Shown here: positions 8,757 through 17,381 of the stretch, one piece after another | Position numbering within the stretch: the first letter of the stretch is position 1 | How the letters are laid out: every line of letters starts with the position of its first letter | IMG/VR virus record: IMGVR_UViG_2600255250_000001 | Coordinates: 17,742-81,741 of that record | Direction: 5' to 3' (one strand) | DNA length: 64,000 bases | Source: a virus | Lineage: Duplodnaviria > Caudoviricetes | Made by a program: the position numbers and the translations under genes | Notes under the pieces: model-generated | Told to the model about the DNA's origin: nothing | The model's input: only the letters and a program-made list of their open reading frames with translations | The model's database searches: none

Positions 8757-11700
8757 GTGAACACCGAGATGTCTGCGAAATCATCGTGACCACGGATGAT
8801 CAGCTTGTCGTTGGCGGATTGTAGAACATCGAAGACAGCTGTGCCGATCTTAGCCGCGACGAGCTTCAGCACACCGCCCTCGAAGATGAACGGAGCTGAG
8901 GTGGTCGTGCCATCGGTCATGACAATCTGGTTGGCGTTGAGGATAATACGGCTGGCGACGACACCAGGTGAGACGGTGTAGACCTCCATGATCATGCCGG
9001 CTTCTTCCCAGGCATCGGCAAGGGTAGCCTTCACGTACATGACCTGACGTGCCAACACCGACCCGGAGCCTGCTTCGGTTTCGATCTTGAAGAGGCCGCT
9101 GGCGCTGGCCTCATCGACGCGAGCTTCCACCGCTGTGATGGAGGCGGCAAAGGATGAGATGCGGCTGTCGCTTACGTCCTGCCAGACCGTGCCGTTCCAG
9201 CGGTACATCCTCAGATCATCATCACTGTCGAACCACAGGGCTCCCAGAACTGACGTGGTGGGAGGGCTGGACTGGTTGAAGACAGTCATGCCGCTGATGA
9301 GAGCGTCCACCCAGACAGCCGCTTGCAGCACGTAGATTTTGTTGTCATCGCTATCTATCCAGATCGATCCCGCAGGACCGGTGGTCGCTGGCGCACCGGC
9401 CTGAAGAAACACTTCGGGCTTTGCGGAGACTTGGGTTTGAAGGCCTGAGATCGCCGATGCCTGACCAGTGGTCAGAGTGTCGAGATCAGTGACCTGAGTT
9501 TGGAGCGTCGTAACGTCGTTGGCGACGGCTTGGATAGCGTTGGCTCGGACCTCAGACTCCTTTGCAATTGCAGCAAAGGAATTCGCCACGTTCTGGGCGA
9601 TGTCGATCCGGGTAATTTCCGAAGCGGCGTTGTGGATTGCCGAGTTCCCCGCCACCTGGTCGAGGTAGTCGAACAGGGCCGACACCTGGCCCGAGATCGT
9701 GGTGAGCGTTGCAATGACTGTGGCGTTTATCTCTTCGGCTTCGGTCGGGACGACCATAACGACTTGAGGAGAAAGATTAAGATCCTCCTGGCTGAAATAG
9801 TCATAGATCGCGACACGGAAATAATAGGTATGCCCACGGTCACATTGAACCGAGATGTTGTTGTTGAGCCCCTGATAGAAAAGATTTTCCGGTGTCGGTG
9901 TGAAGCCCAAGGTCGTCGATTTGTAAATCAGCACACCCGCGTAATCCCGGATCGTAGGCTGCTCGAACTGAATGACAACCTGGTCGCCGCTCCTCGTGGC
10001 CGTGAGGCCTGATGGCGGCGCAGGAGCGGTGTTGGACACCGCCAGCTGCTGAGAGCCCGCTATGGTGCCATACTGGTCGCGGGAGGACACTTCGATTGTG
10101 AACGAGCGCTCGGCAGAGCCACCGTTGACCGTCGCATTCAGGGTCTGCTCGTAAACGAAGAACAGCTCCGTCGTGAATGTCTGATAGAGAACGAAGTCCG
10201 CGTCGTTGAGGATGCGAATTCGATAATCCTGATGCTCAGGATACGTCGCCGGGTCCCACGCGAATTTCGGTGACCGGCTTTCGAACACGGTCTCGAATGG
10301 CTCGTCCTGCAATCGCAGGCCGGCGCCGCCAGGGATCGATCGCCAATCTCCCACCAATCGGTGCTCAATGATCGCGGGATCGCTCTCTCGGCCGACGACG
10401 GTGATGGCGATGACATGGAAAACGTATTCCCCGAGGGGAACGTTGTTCCACTGGAACGCGCTGGTGGGAGTTTCACCGAGCAGGCCAAGTGGGCCGTTGT
10501 CCTTGCTCACATAAATCTGGTAGCGCGAGACCAGGTTGTTGGTGCTGTCGTCCCAATCCAAAAGGATATTGTAGATCGGCACCGCGCCCTGCATCGAGGC
10601 GGTGGCCGAAACCCGGAGCCTCGGGACTGGGCTAGGCTTGACGTTCGCCCGAACGTCGTAGTTCTGGGCGTTCTCGTATTCCGTGATGACGCCATCGACA
10701 TACAGCCATTTCAAGCGGTTGACATAGACGGCCGACACCTCGACGGCGTCGTCGTCACCCTCAACCTCGGCAATGCTGATGACGCGGAACGCCATCGGTG
10801 CAGCCGTGTCATCCGTGGTGCGGATCGCGAACACAGCATTGTCTGGAAGTTCCGCGGTGACCGGTGCCGTGAAGGTCAGCTCGGTGACGGCACCCGTGGT
10901 GCCTGGCACGATGTTGTGCTCTTCGACCTGGTAGTCGCCAGTCGTCTCGTTGATGGACTGGAAGACGATTTTGTAATTGAAGCCGGGCTCAAGGAAGAGC
11001 GGATCACGGAGCGTGATCTTGATAGGGTTGACGAAATCCTTCACGCGACCTGAAAGGCCGGCGTCCATGTCGTCATCTGAGACCAAGATGATATCGTACG
11101 GGCTCATGTACTGAGCCATGCGGTTGGTCTTGAAGTTGACCAGCATGGTTTCAGTCATGCCAGTGATCAGTTTGTAGCGACCACGCACGATGGCTTCGTC
11201 AGCGCTGCGGCAGCCGACCGCGATGAAGTTGCTAGGGATACGCCCATAACGGTCGATGTGGGTCTGATCGAAGACCCGACGCCGATCCTCTTTGTAGTTC
11301 AGGTCCGGGTTGTTGAATGTGACGGTGACATCGTTGAACCGGGTGCTGATCTCGGTGAACGAGTAGGTGAAGATGCCACCCTCGACGTTCTCGGGAGCGA
11401 AGACCGCTACGGCGTTCGTGTCCTTGTCGAGGCGGATGACCGCACTACCGTTGCCATCGTCGAAGAACCGACCACCGAAGATACCGCAGATGTAATAGAT
11501 CATCTCCCGCCCGCCGGTCGGGTCGGTGATCTGGCCGTTGAAGGTGAAGCGAGGCTTGCCGTCTACGGTCAGTGTGTCGCACCACTGGGCTGCCTCGTAG
11601 ACATCGAACTTGTTGAGCACCACGGGGTAGTAGGCATTCATGCCGTAGCGGTCGTTCAGGACGAGATCGTTCGCGACCAAAGCAGGGTTATTCGAATAGT

Positions 11701-12997
11701 CGAGCACCCAGGTGCCGTCCCATACGCCGGTGTAGACGCGGGTGACCGGGTTGTAGTTGCTCGGGATACGGATGATCCGGCCCCGGTAAATACCAGAGAA
11801 GTCGGGGATCGAGGAGAACTGCTCAGAGGCGCGGGCCGTGAGCTGGACGGTAGCCAGGCCGGGGAAATTGAAAGGGGTGGCGGTGATCTCCTGGAAGCTC
11901 TCCCAGGTCACGTCGAAGAACTTCTCGGTGGTGTTCGCCGGGCTCGTCTTGGTGACACGCAGCTGGTAGGTGTCCGTCTCGCTCCTCGGGACGGGGAAGC
12001 GGAACTCCTTCACGAACGAAGAAGTCGTCTTGCCGGTGATCGTCAGCTCACCGTTGACGACCGTGTCGTTGTCGGACCCGCCGAACGTGCCGGGTGCCAG
12101 CGAGGAGCCGGCGATAATCCAGGTTGAGCCGTTGTAGAAATAGACGATGCCGTTGCCATCGTTCAGCCAGTAGTCGCCCTGCTCCACACCAACCGGCGGG
12201 GTCGTCCCACCGACATAGGCTTTGGTCGCCTTGTCGCTGCCCCAGGACGATTTCTCCGTCCAGGTGTAGACCAGATAGGAGCCGACCGTGGCGGACGTGA
12301 TGCCAGCGAACTCGACCCACGCGGTGCCATTCCAGGTCTTGGGGTGGCTCAAGGCATCGGTGTCAAACCAGATGCCTGTGTCCGCCGTGGTGATTGGTTC
12401 CGACGAGGTCCAGTAGGTTGTCCGGTCGCCGGGGGATGGTTTGGAATTGACCTTGCTGAGAATGCCATAGAAGGCAGCAAAGGTATCGCCGATGATACTA
12501 CTCGGCGGAGCGAGGGTGTTCACCGGTATCCAAGAGGTGGCACCAGTTACCCGGTACTCGAACTTGATCTTGCCAGTGTTGTTGAAGCTGCCCTTGCTCG
12601 TCGTCTTTTCGAGGTGGTTGATGACGACACGAAAATCGATGTAGTCGATGTTAGTGTGAAGACCCTGACGCACGACTGGAACGTTGGTCGACAGTTCCGT
12701 CGAGACATCAGTCGACGATCCGAAGCCGCCAGACCGAGAGACGATCTCTTCGCCAAGCTCAGAGCCTTCGCGAACGATCAGCTCGAACTGGTCGAAGTTG
12801 TTTTCGCCGTCAACGTTTTGAAGGGGGGTCTCACCAATAAGAAAGGTCTTGCCGCCGTCAACGAGGCCTTTGATAGGCCCTTCGCTGATGCCAAGAACAA
12901 CCTCAACAGAATCTGTAGAAAATAGATTATCAGGAGTTTGTTTTGGCTCGCTGCCTCCGGCTGAACCAGCCAGGGGGCGGCTAAAGTGTTGAGTCAT
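8753..12997 (-). CDS. Tail tip / central fibre protein (lambda gpJ-like)
   Basis: LGISEGPIKGL, YTGVWDGTW..YSNNPA, RYGM, FN3-like repeats, C-terminal coiled coil. Confidence 0.88.
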   Translation of the reverse strand: MTQHFSRPLAGSAGGSEPKQTPDNLFSTDSVEVVLGISEGPIKGLVDGGKTFLIGETPLQNVDGENNFDQFELIVREGSELGEEIVSRSGGFGSSTDVSTELSTNVPVVRQGLHTNIDYIDFRVVINHLEKTTSKGSFNNTGKIKFEYRVTGATSWIPVNTLAPPSSIIGDTFAAFYGILSKVNSKPSPGDRTTYWTSSEPITTADTGIWFDTDALSHPKTWNGTAWVEFAGITSATVGSYLVYTWTEKSSWGSDKATKAYVGGTTPPVGVEQGDYWLNDGNGIVYFYNGSTWIIAGSSLAPGTFGGSDNDTVVNGELTITGKTTSSFVKEFRFPVPRSETDTYQLRVTKTSPANTTEKFFDVTWESFQEITATPFNFPGLATVQLTARASEQFSSIPDFSGIYRGRIIRIPSNYNPVTRVYTGVWDGTWVLDYSNNPALVANDLVLNDRYGMNAYYPVVLNKFDVYEAAQWCDTLTVDGKPRFTFNGQITDPTGGREMIYYICGIFGGRFFDDGNGSAVIRLDKDTNAVAVFAPENVEGGIFTYSFTEISTRFNDVTVTFNNPDLNYKEDRRRVFDQTHIDRYGRIPSNFIAVGCRSADEAIVRGRYKLITGMTETMLVNFKTNRMAQYMSPYDIILVSDDDMDAGLSGRVKDFVNPIKITLRDPLFLEPGFNYKIVFQSINETTGDYQVEEHNIVPGTTGAVTELTFTAPVTAELPDNAVFAIRTTDDTAAPMAFRVISIAEVEGDDDAVEVSAVYVNRLKWLYVDGVITEYENAQNYDVRANVKPSPVPRLRVSATASMQGAVPIYNILLDWDDSTNNLVSRYQIYVSKDNGPLGLLGETPTSAFQWNNVPLGEYVFHVIAITVVGRESDPAIIEHRLVGDWRSIPGGAGLRLQDEPFETVFESRSPKFAWDPATYPEHQDYRIRILNDADFVLYQTFTTELFFVYEQTLNATVNGGSAERSFTIEVSSRDQYGTIAGSQQLAVSNTAPAPPSGLTATRSGDQVVIQFEQPTIRDYAGVLIYKSTTLGFTPTPENLFYQGLNNNISVQCDRGHTYYFRVAIYDYFSQEDLNLSPQVVMVVPTEAEEINATVIATLTTISGQVSALFDYLDQVAGNSAIHNAASEITRIDIAQNVANSFAAIAKESEVRANAIQAVANDVTTLQTQVTDLDTLTTGQASAISGLQTQVSAKPEVFLQAGAPATTGPAGSIWIDSDDNKIYVLQAAVWVDALISGMTVFNQSSPPTTSVLGALWFDSDDDLRMYRWNGTVWQDVSDSRISSFAASITAVEARVDEASASGLFKIETEAGSGSVLARQVMYVKATLADAWEEAGMIMEVYTVSPGVVASRIILNANQIVMTDGTTTSAPFIFEGGVLKLVAAKIGTAVFDVLQSANDKLIIRGHDDFADISVFT

Positions 12998-13016
12998 TAC
13001 AGCCGAAATATGGGAG

Positions 13017-14066
13017 TTAAGAAGCGGATTTACTAGCCTGGTAGCGCTGCTGCATCCATCTCAGACGCTCGGCACCTTCATGAGGGTCAAACTCGAACCG
13101 GATGAAGTTGACCTCCGTTGTTGCATGGGGGTCAATCAAGGCGACAGGGCAGTTATAGAGGTCCTTCGGATCAAGATTAAGCTCCTCGGCATACCGGTTG
13201 ATCTTCTTGTAGGACGCGATCTGAAGACCGTGCCACATGCGTTCCGAGCTGGGCCGCATGCCGTGGGTGTAGCCAGAGACGTGAGTGTGTCCCGCGACGT
13301 AGATGTCATGATGTTCACCGTCGAGCTGCGCCTGCTTGCCGGCGCCGAACACGTCTGACCACTGGGACCGACCACGGAAGCCGTGGACAGAATAGATTTT
13401 CACGTTCCGGCCATTGGGCAGGCGAAGGGCGAGCCGCACCTTGGTGCTCTTGTGGACGAGCGTGTTCCCCTTGAGGATCATCTTCAGGAGGTCGCCACCC
13501 TTGTTCCAAAGGTCGTGGTTGCCATCGGTGTAGTAGAGCCAGTTGATCTTTTTCAGGACGTACTCGACCAAAGCGAGTGCCTCGTTCGAAGTCGTGCTTT
13601 GCTCCGCGTACAGCCGCTCAAGGCGACCGACCCAGTTGTTGAAAGCATCACCGACGTTGCCGGCGTAGAGGCCTGGCGTCGAGCCGTCGAAGATCGAGAC
13701 GTGGTCCATGACTTCGGCGAGATCGGTGCCATCGTCGTCAAGGTGCATGTCGCCGAAGAAGCCGAGACCGATGGGGCCTTCGCGATTGACGCGGACCTGG
13801 ATCATCTTGTCCCGGTCGAAGATTTCCTTCTTGCGGGCGAACTGACCAATGCGGCGGGCGACCAGCTCCTCGATGTCGATGGATGGGGTTGGCTCAAATT
13901 CTCGCTCAAGCTCCTCAAAATTGGGGTCCTGCCACCGGCGGTTCATCCCACGTATGCCCGACTCGCTGATGTCGTAGCCCTGTTCTCGAAGGAAGCGAGC
14001 TGCCGGGCGGAAGCCGCCCATCTCGTTAATCGCTTGACGAATTGTATCTTCGTTTGGTCGGCTCAT
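13017..14066 (-). CDS. Calcineurin-like metallophosphoesterase with possible N-terminal HTH
   Basis: GDMH, VGD, GNHD, HG, GHTH motifs. Confidence 0.8.
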   Translation of the reverse strand: MSRPNEDTIRQAINEMGGFRPAARFLREQGYDISESGIRGMNRRWQDPNFEELEREFEPTPSIDIEELVARRIGQFARKKEIFDRDKMIQVRVNREGPIGLGFFGDMHLDDDGTDLAEVMDHVSIFDGSTPGLYAGNVGDAFNNWVGRLERLYAEQSTTSNEALALVEYVLKKINWLYYTDGNHDLWNKGGDLLKMILKGNTLVHKSTKVRLALRLPNGRNVKIYSVHGFRGRSQWSDVFGAGKQAQLDGEHHDIYVAGHTHVSGYTHGMRPSSERMWHGLQIASYKKINRYAEELNLDPKDLYNCPVALIDPHATTEVNFIRFEFDPHEGAERLRWMQQRYQASKSAS

Positions 14067-14623
14067 GTGCTGCCTCTCCGGAATTCACGGGCGTTGATAT
14101 CGAACGACAGAAACTGGCCGTAGACACGGTCTTCCCCGTAGAGAATGGGTATGCGAGTGCCGATGGCGACAGTGTTCTTTGGGGAGCCGAGATATCGGCT
14201 TTGGTCTTTGGCGGTGTCGTTTTCTGGTGTCGGGGCCAGGAGCTGGCTCAGGCCTCCGAGAAGGGAGAGCGCACCAACCTTGAGGAGCATCGATCCCCAG
14301 AATGTGGTTGCGCCAAAGGTGAAGATGCCTAGACCGATCAGGGCGGCGCCGATCAGGATTTGACCGAGGCCACCGCTTTTTCCACCATTCAACTGGTGGA
14401 CGATATGAATCTCAGCCTGGTTGCCAAGGTTGGTGAAGAGAGACTCCACCGTTTCACAGCCAACGACCTTTATCCTTTGCCGGCCACGGGTAGGGTGAGG
14501 AGCAAAACCTGGTAGTTGTCGAGTGATAGACTCAACGACCTCGGCGATGGTGTTCGCCATGATCTCAATTGGACCATCATGAAAAGCAGCTAAACCGCCG
14601 TGGAGGTAAACCTTACGCAGCAT
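14063..14623 (-). CDS. Tail assembly protein (lambda gpI-like)
   Basis: Ubiquitin-like N-term, GGKSGGLGQILIGAALI, GTRIPILYGE. Confidence 0.82.
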   Translation of the reverse strand: MLRKVYLHGGLAAFHDGPIEIMANTIAEVVESITRQLPGFAPHPTRGRQRIKVVGCETVESLFTNLGNQAEIHIVHQLNGGKSGGLGQILIGAALIGLGIFTFGATTFWGSMLLKVGALSLLGGLSQLLAPTPENDTAKDQSRYLGSPKNTVAIGTRIPILYGEDRVYGQFLSFDINAREFRRGST

Positions 14624-14697
14624 GGGACAGCTGTTGCCTCCCGTGGTTTTGGTTCCCAGTTGAGGGGTCGTAGTCCAGTAGCTCGCGTATTACTCTT

Positions 14698-15030
14698 CTA
14701 ACCATCTATCAGAACCTCTCCATCCTCGACGATATACTTGCGAATACCATTGTCGCCGATGATGTAGTGATCCAGCTCAGGCCAGTTGAGATAGGTGTTG
14801 AAATCATTGGCCGACAGGTTGTAGTCAGCCTTGGGGTGAGTGTGCCAAGTGGCTTGCGCGGTCAGCGCGTACAGCGCAATGTCTTCACCCTTCACATCGA
14901 ACCCTTCTTGAGGGTTCTTGCAGATATTCTCGACTTCGATAACCTTACCGCTCTTCAAGACAAACCCAACATGCTCGACTTCTTCGTCGTGCTTGCTAAG
15001 CAGTAGCTTTTCCAGCCGAGAGAGCTTCAT
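14698..15030 (-). CDS. JAB/MPN-domain tail assembly protein (gpK N-terminal-like)
   Basis: EHVGFV, WHTHP....LSAND motif. Confidence 0.78.
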   Translation of the reverse strand: MKLSRLEKLLLSKHDEEVEHVGFVLKSGKVIEVENICKNPQEGFDVKGEDIALYALTAQATWHTHPKADYNLSANDFNTYLNWPELDHYIIGDNGIRKYIVEDGEVLIDG

Positions 15031-15490
15031 TGATTTTCCGCCGAGCGTTAGGAGAGACGATGTCGATCAGTTCCCTAGTAGCTTGCGTTCCGGCAACCGA
15101 GACATCCTTATGACGGAACACACCAATGGTGGAGTTCCTATAGATGCCTTTGTATTCGACTACGTCTGACAGCTGACCGTAGAGGTGGTGCAACATCTTG
15201 CCGTTTTCAACCAGGATACCACAGTGATTACCTATAGATGAACGCACGGCCATGATGAATACATCGCCAAGTTGATACTCCGATGGATGGCAATCGAGGA
15301 GTTTGAACCCCATCCGCTGAGCGCGAGTGATGTAAAGGTCCAGGCCGTGCTTCCAAAACTCGGTGGGGCAGGCGTAGTTTGGGAAGTGAATGTCGAAGTT
15401 GGTCGCATAGAAGTTGCGGAGCATCGTGTAGCAATTGGTGGTCGCATACTTGAAGGGGAGACCCAAGAGGTGCTGATATTCGAGGATCAT
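14996..15490 (-). CDS. NlpC/P60 tail assembly protein (gpK C-terminal-like)
   Basis: NCY, GDV, NHCGI, MLHH. Confidence 0.78.
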   Translation of the reverse strand: MILEYQHLLGLPFKYATTNCYTMLRNFYATNFDIHFPNYACPTEFWKHGLDLYITRAQRMGFKLLDCHPSEYQLGDVFIMAVRSSIGNHCGILVENGKMLHHLYGQLSDVVEYKGIYRNSTIGVFRHKDVSVAGTQATRELIDIVSPNARRKINEALSAGKATA

Positions 15491-15972
15491 AGGGACACCG
15501 TGGGGAACTCTGGTGGCATATAGATGCGAACCGGGATCTGGAAGTTGGCGCCTTCGGTCAAGTTTTTAAGCTCGAACGTAATGGACTGGCCCGAGATCAG
15601 CTGGGGGACACGACCGATCTGCCACATCCGCTGTTCGAAGAGATTTACGTCAGCTTCCAGGTTAGTTAGGAGCACCCTACGGCGCGTGACGAAAGCAAGG
15701 TCCAGGTCGTTGCGTTTAGCAGCCAGGTTGAAAACACCCATCGGGTTCATGACAACCAGCTGCGGTCGCGACTCCTCGCCATCCGCTGTGCGGGTGTCGC
15801 CCGATATCTTAACTGACATGCCCTCATAGATATTGCCTTGCCAGGTCTTGGTGTTCCCCTCCTTGAACCGAATGAAAGTGTCCTCGTTGCGGAGCTTGAT
15901 CTGATAGAGATCAACCTGAGCATCGGCTGTGAGCTTTTGGGCTTCTGAGAGATGGGAGATTGGCGCGGTCAT
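15487..15972 (-). CDS. Minor tail protein (gpL-like)
   Basis: WQGNIYE, ESRPQL, ITFEL, QIPVR; synteny. Confidence 0.65.
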   Translation of the reverse strand: MTAPISHLSEAQKLTADAQVDLYQIKLRNEDTFIRFKEGNTKTWQGNIYEGMSVKISGDTRTADGEESRPQLVVMNPMGVFNLAAKRNDLDLAFVTRRRVLLTNLEADVNLFEQRMWQIGRVPQLISGQSITFELKNLTEGANFQIPVRIYMPPEFPTVSL

Positions 15973-16349
15973 GGCTGGAGCAACAGCTCTATAGTGAAGG
16001 GCTCGACGGCACCGTTGCCGTTCTCCATGACTTTGTATTCGAGCGGCTTGTTGAACCGCACGACAAGATCACCCTTGGTGGGATGCGGATACCAAAATTT
16101 CTCGTAGAGCCGGTGTCTCGCGTAGAATGCCTCAAGGACGGCCATGTTGATGGTGGTGTTGATCGTGTCGTTGAGCGTGCAGTCGTCGATGAAGAAAAAG
16201 AACAGTCCTCTGAAGGAGAGTGTGTACGCCACCTGATCAGGTCCCTTGGGCTTAGATACAAAAGTGTACCCTCTGCCAAAGGTCATGCTGGCCGAACTTT
16301 CCGGATATTTGACGCCTAACGTGTGGGTCGGAAATCGAAAAGTTTCCAC
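15969..16349 (-). CDS. Distal tail protein (gpM-like)
   Basis: FGRGY, LEAFYARH..FWYPHP; follows tape measure. Confidence 0.6.
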   Translation of the reverse strand: METFRFPTHTLGVKYPESSASMTFGRGYTFVSKPKGPDQVAYTLSFRGLFFFFIDDCTLNDTINTTINMAVLEAFYARHRLYEKFWYPHPTKGDLVVRFNKPLEYKVMENGNGAVEPFTIELLLQP

Positions 16350-16355
16350 AGGGAG

Positions 16356-16937
16356 TTATATAGTGACGTATCCGGGGGTTTTGTAGTGCTCGTGAAATCG
16401 GCGGAACAGCTCCGGATCGCGCTTGGCAATGCGGGCGACAACGTCGGGAGAACGGACAATCTTTTGCACTGCTATCTGCCGGACCCCGTACTTGGAGGCT
16501 AATTTGGCTTGGGTGAAGAATCCCTGGCTATAGAGGTAGTTGATCTCCAGACGTTGCCGGTTTGTGAGTTTAGAGTGTGCATGATTCTCTAAGGTGGCAT
16601 CGTCTGCCAGATTTCCTGCGTGGGTATCCCAGCGAAGATTCGGCAGCTTGTTGTTTGAAGGGATGCCATCTCTGTGACAGCCATCTCGTAGATGAGGAGG
16701 GCAGAGTCCTCGAAACGAATTCAAAACTAGTATGTGAACCTTGTGTGTCTTTATCTTTGAGTCTTTCGACAGTTCGACCTTTAGGTATCCTCCAGTCTCA
16801 GTTCCCTGATAGAGGATTTTCTCTGATCGTCGGTATGGTCGAACCAGTGATTTAACACGTCCCAGATTAGAGATCTCATACCTTCCCTCATAGCCGACAA
16901 CCGGCCTCCAATCTTCTCCAGGAAGGTTCTCAATCAT
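16356..16937 (-). CDS. NUMOD4-HNH homing endonuclease
   Basis: WRPVVGYEGRYEISNLGRVKS, HRDGIPSNNKLPNLRW. Confidence 0.85.
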   Translation of the reverse strand: MIENLPGEDWRPVVGYEGRYEISNLGRVKSLVRPYRRSEKILYQGTETGGYLKVELSKDSKIKTHKVHILVLNSFRGLCPPHLRDGCHRDGIPSNNKLPNLRWDTHAGNLADDATLENHAHSKLTNRQRLEINYLYSQGFFTQAKLASKYGVRQIAVQKIVRSPDVVARIAKRDPELFRRFHEHYKTPGYVTI

Positions 16938-17021
16938 ATTTCGCCTCAGACTCTTGGATTAGACCTTGAGGTGGTTTATATGCGCTTCACAACAAGGGGT
17001 TGTGTGGGGGAGTCTATGGGT

Positions 17022-17381
17022 ATGAGGAAATCAATTCTGGCGCTAACCGTGTTTCTAGCTGGGTGCGTGTCAGCGCCGCAGTCATTTGCTGACCCACGAC
17101 CCTCCGTCTCAGCGACTGAGTTCAAGGCATTGGTTCGCAAATCTCTGAAGAACCCTTTCTCTGTAAAGGAGTTTGAAATGTCACCATCCCCTTTTATAAT
17201 TGGTCCGGATGCGTATGGGCGAAAGCACTGGGTCATGTGCGCCAATTACTTCGCCACCAACAGTTATGGTGGGCTGGTGCGTGGTGGGATGACCGTCTTC
17301 TACAAGGATGGTGCCGTAAGTGAGATTCAGCCAACACAGGGGCAGGGTTGTCCAGAGGCCCAGCCGGAGAACTTCAACTAG
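17022..17381 (+). CDS. Lipoprotein moron, antisense to late operon
   Basis: Lipobox LAGC, GGGGAG RBS, ATNSYGG motif. Confidence 0.65.
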   Translation: MRKSILALTVFLAGCVSAPQSFADPRPSVSATEFKALVRKSLKNPFSVKEFEMSPSPFIIGPDAYGRKHWVMCANYFATNSYGGLVRGGMTVFYKDGAVSEIQPTQGQGCPEAQPENFN

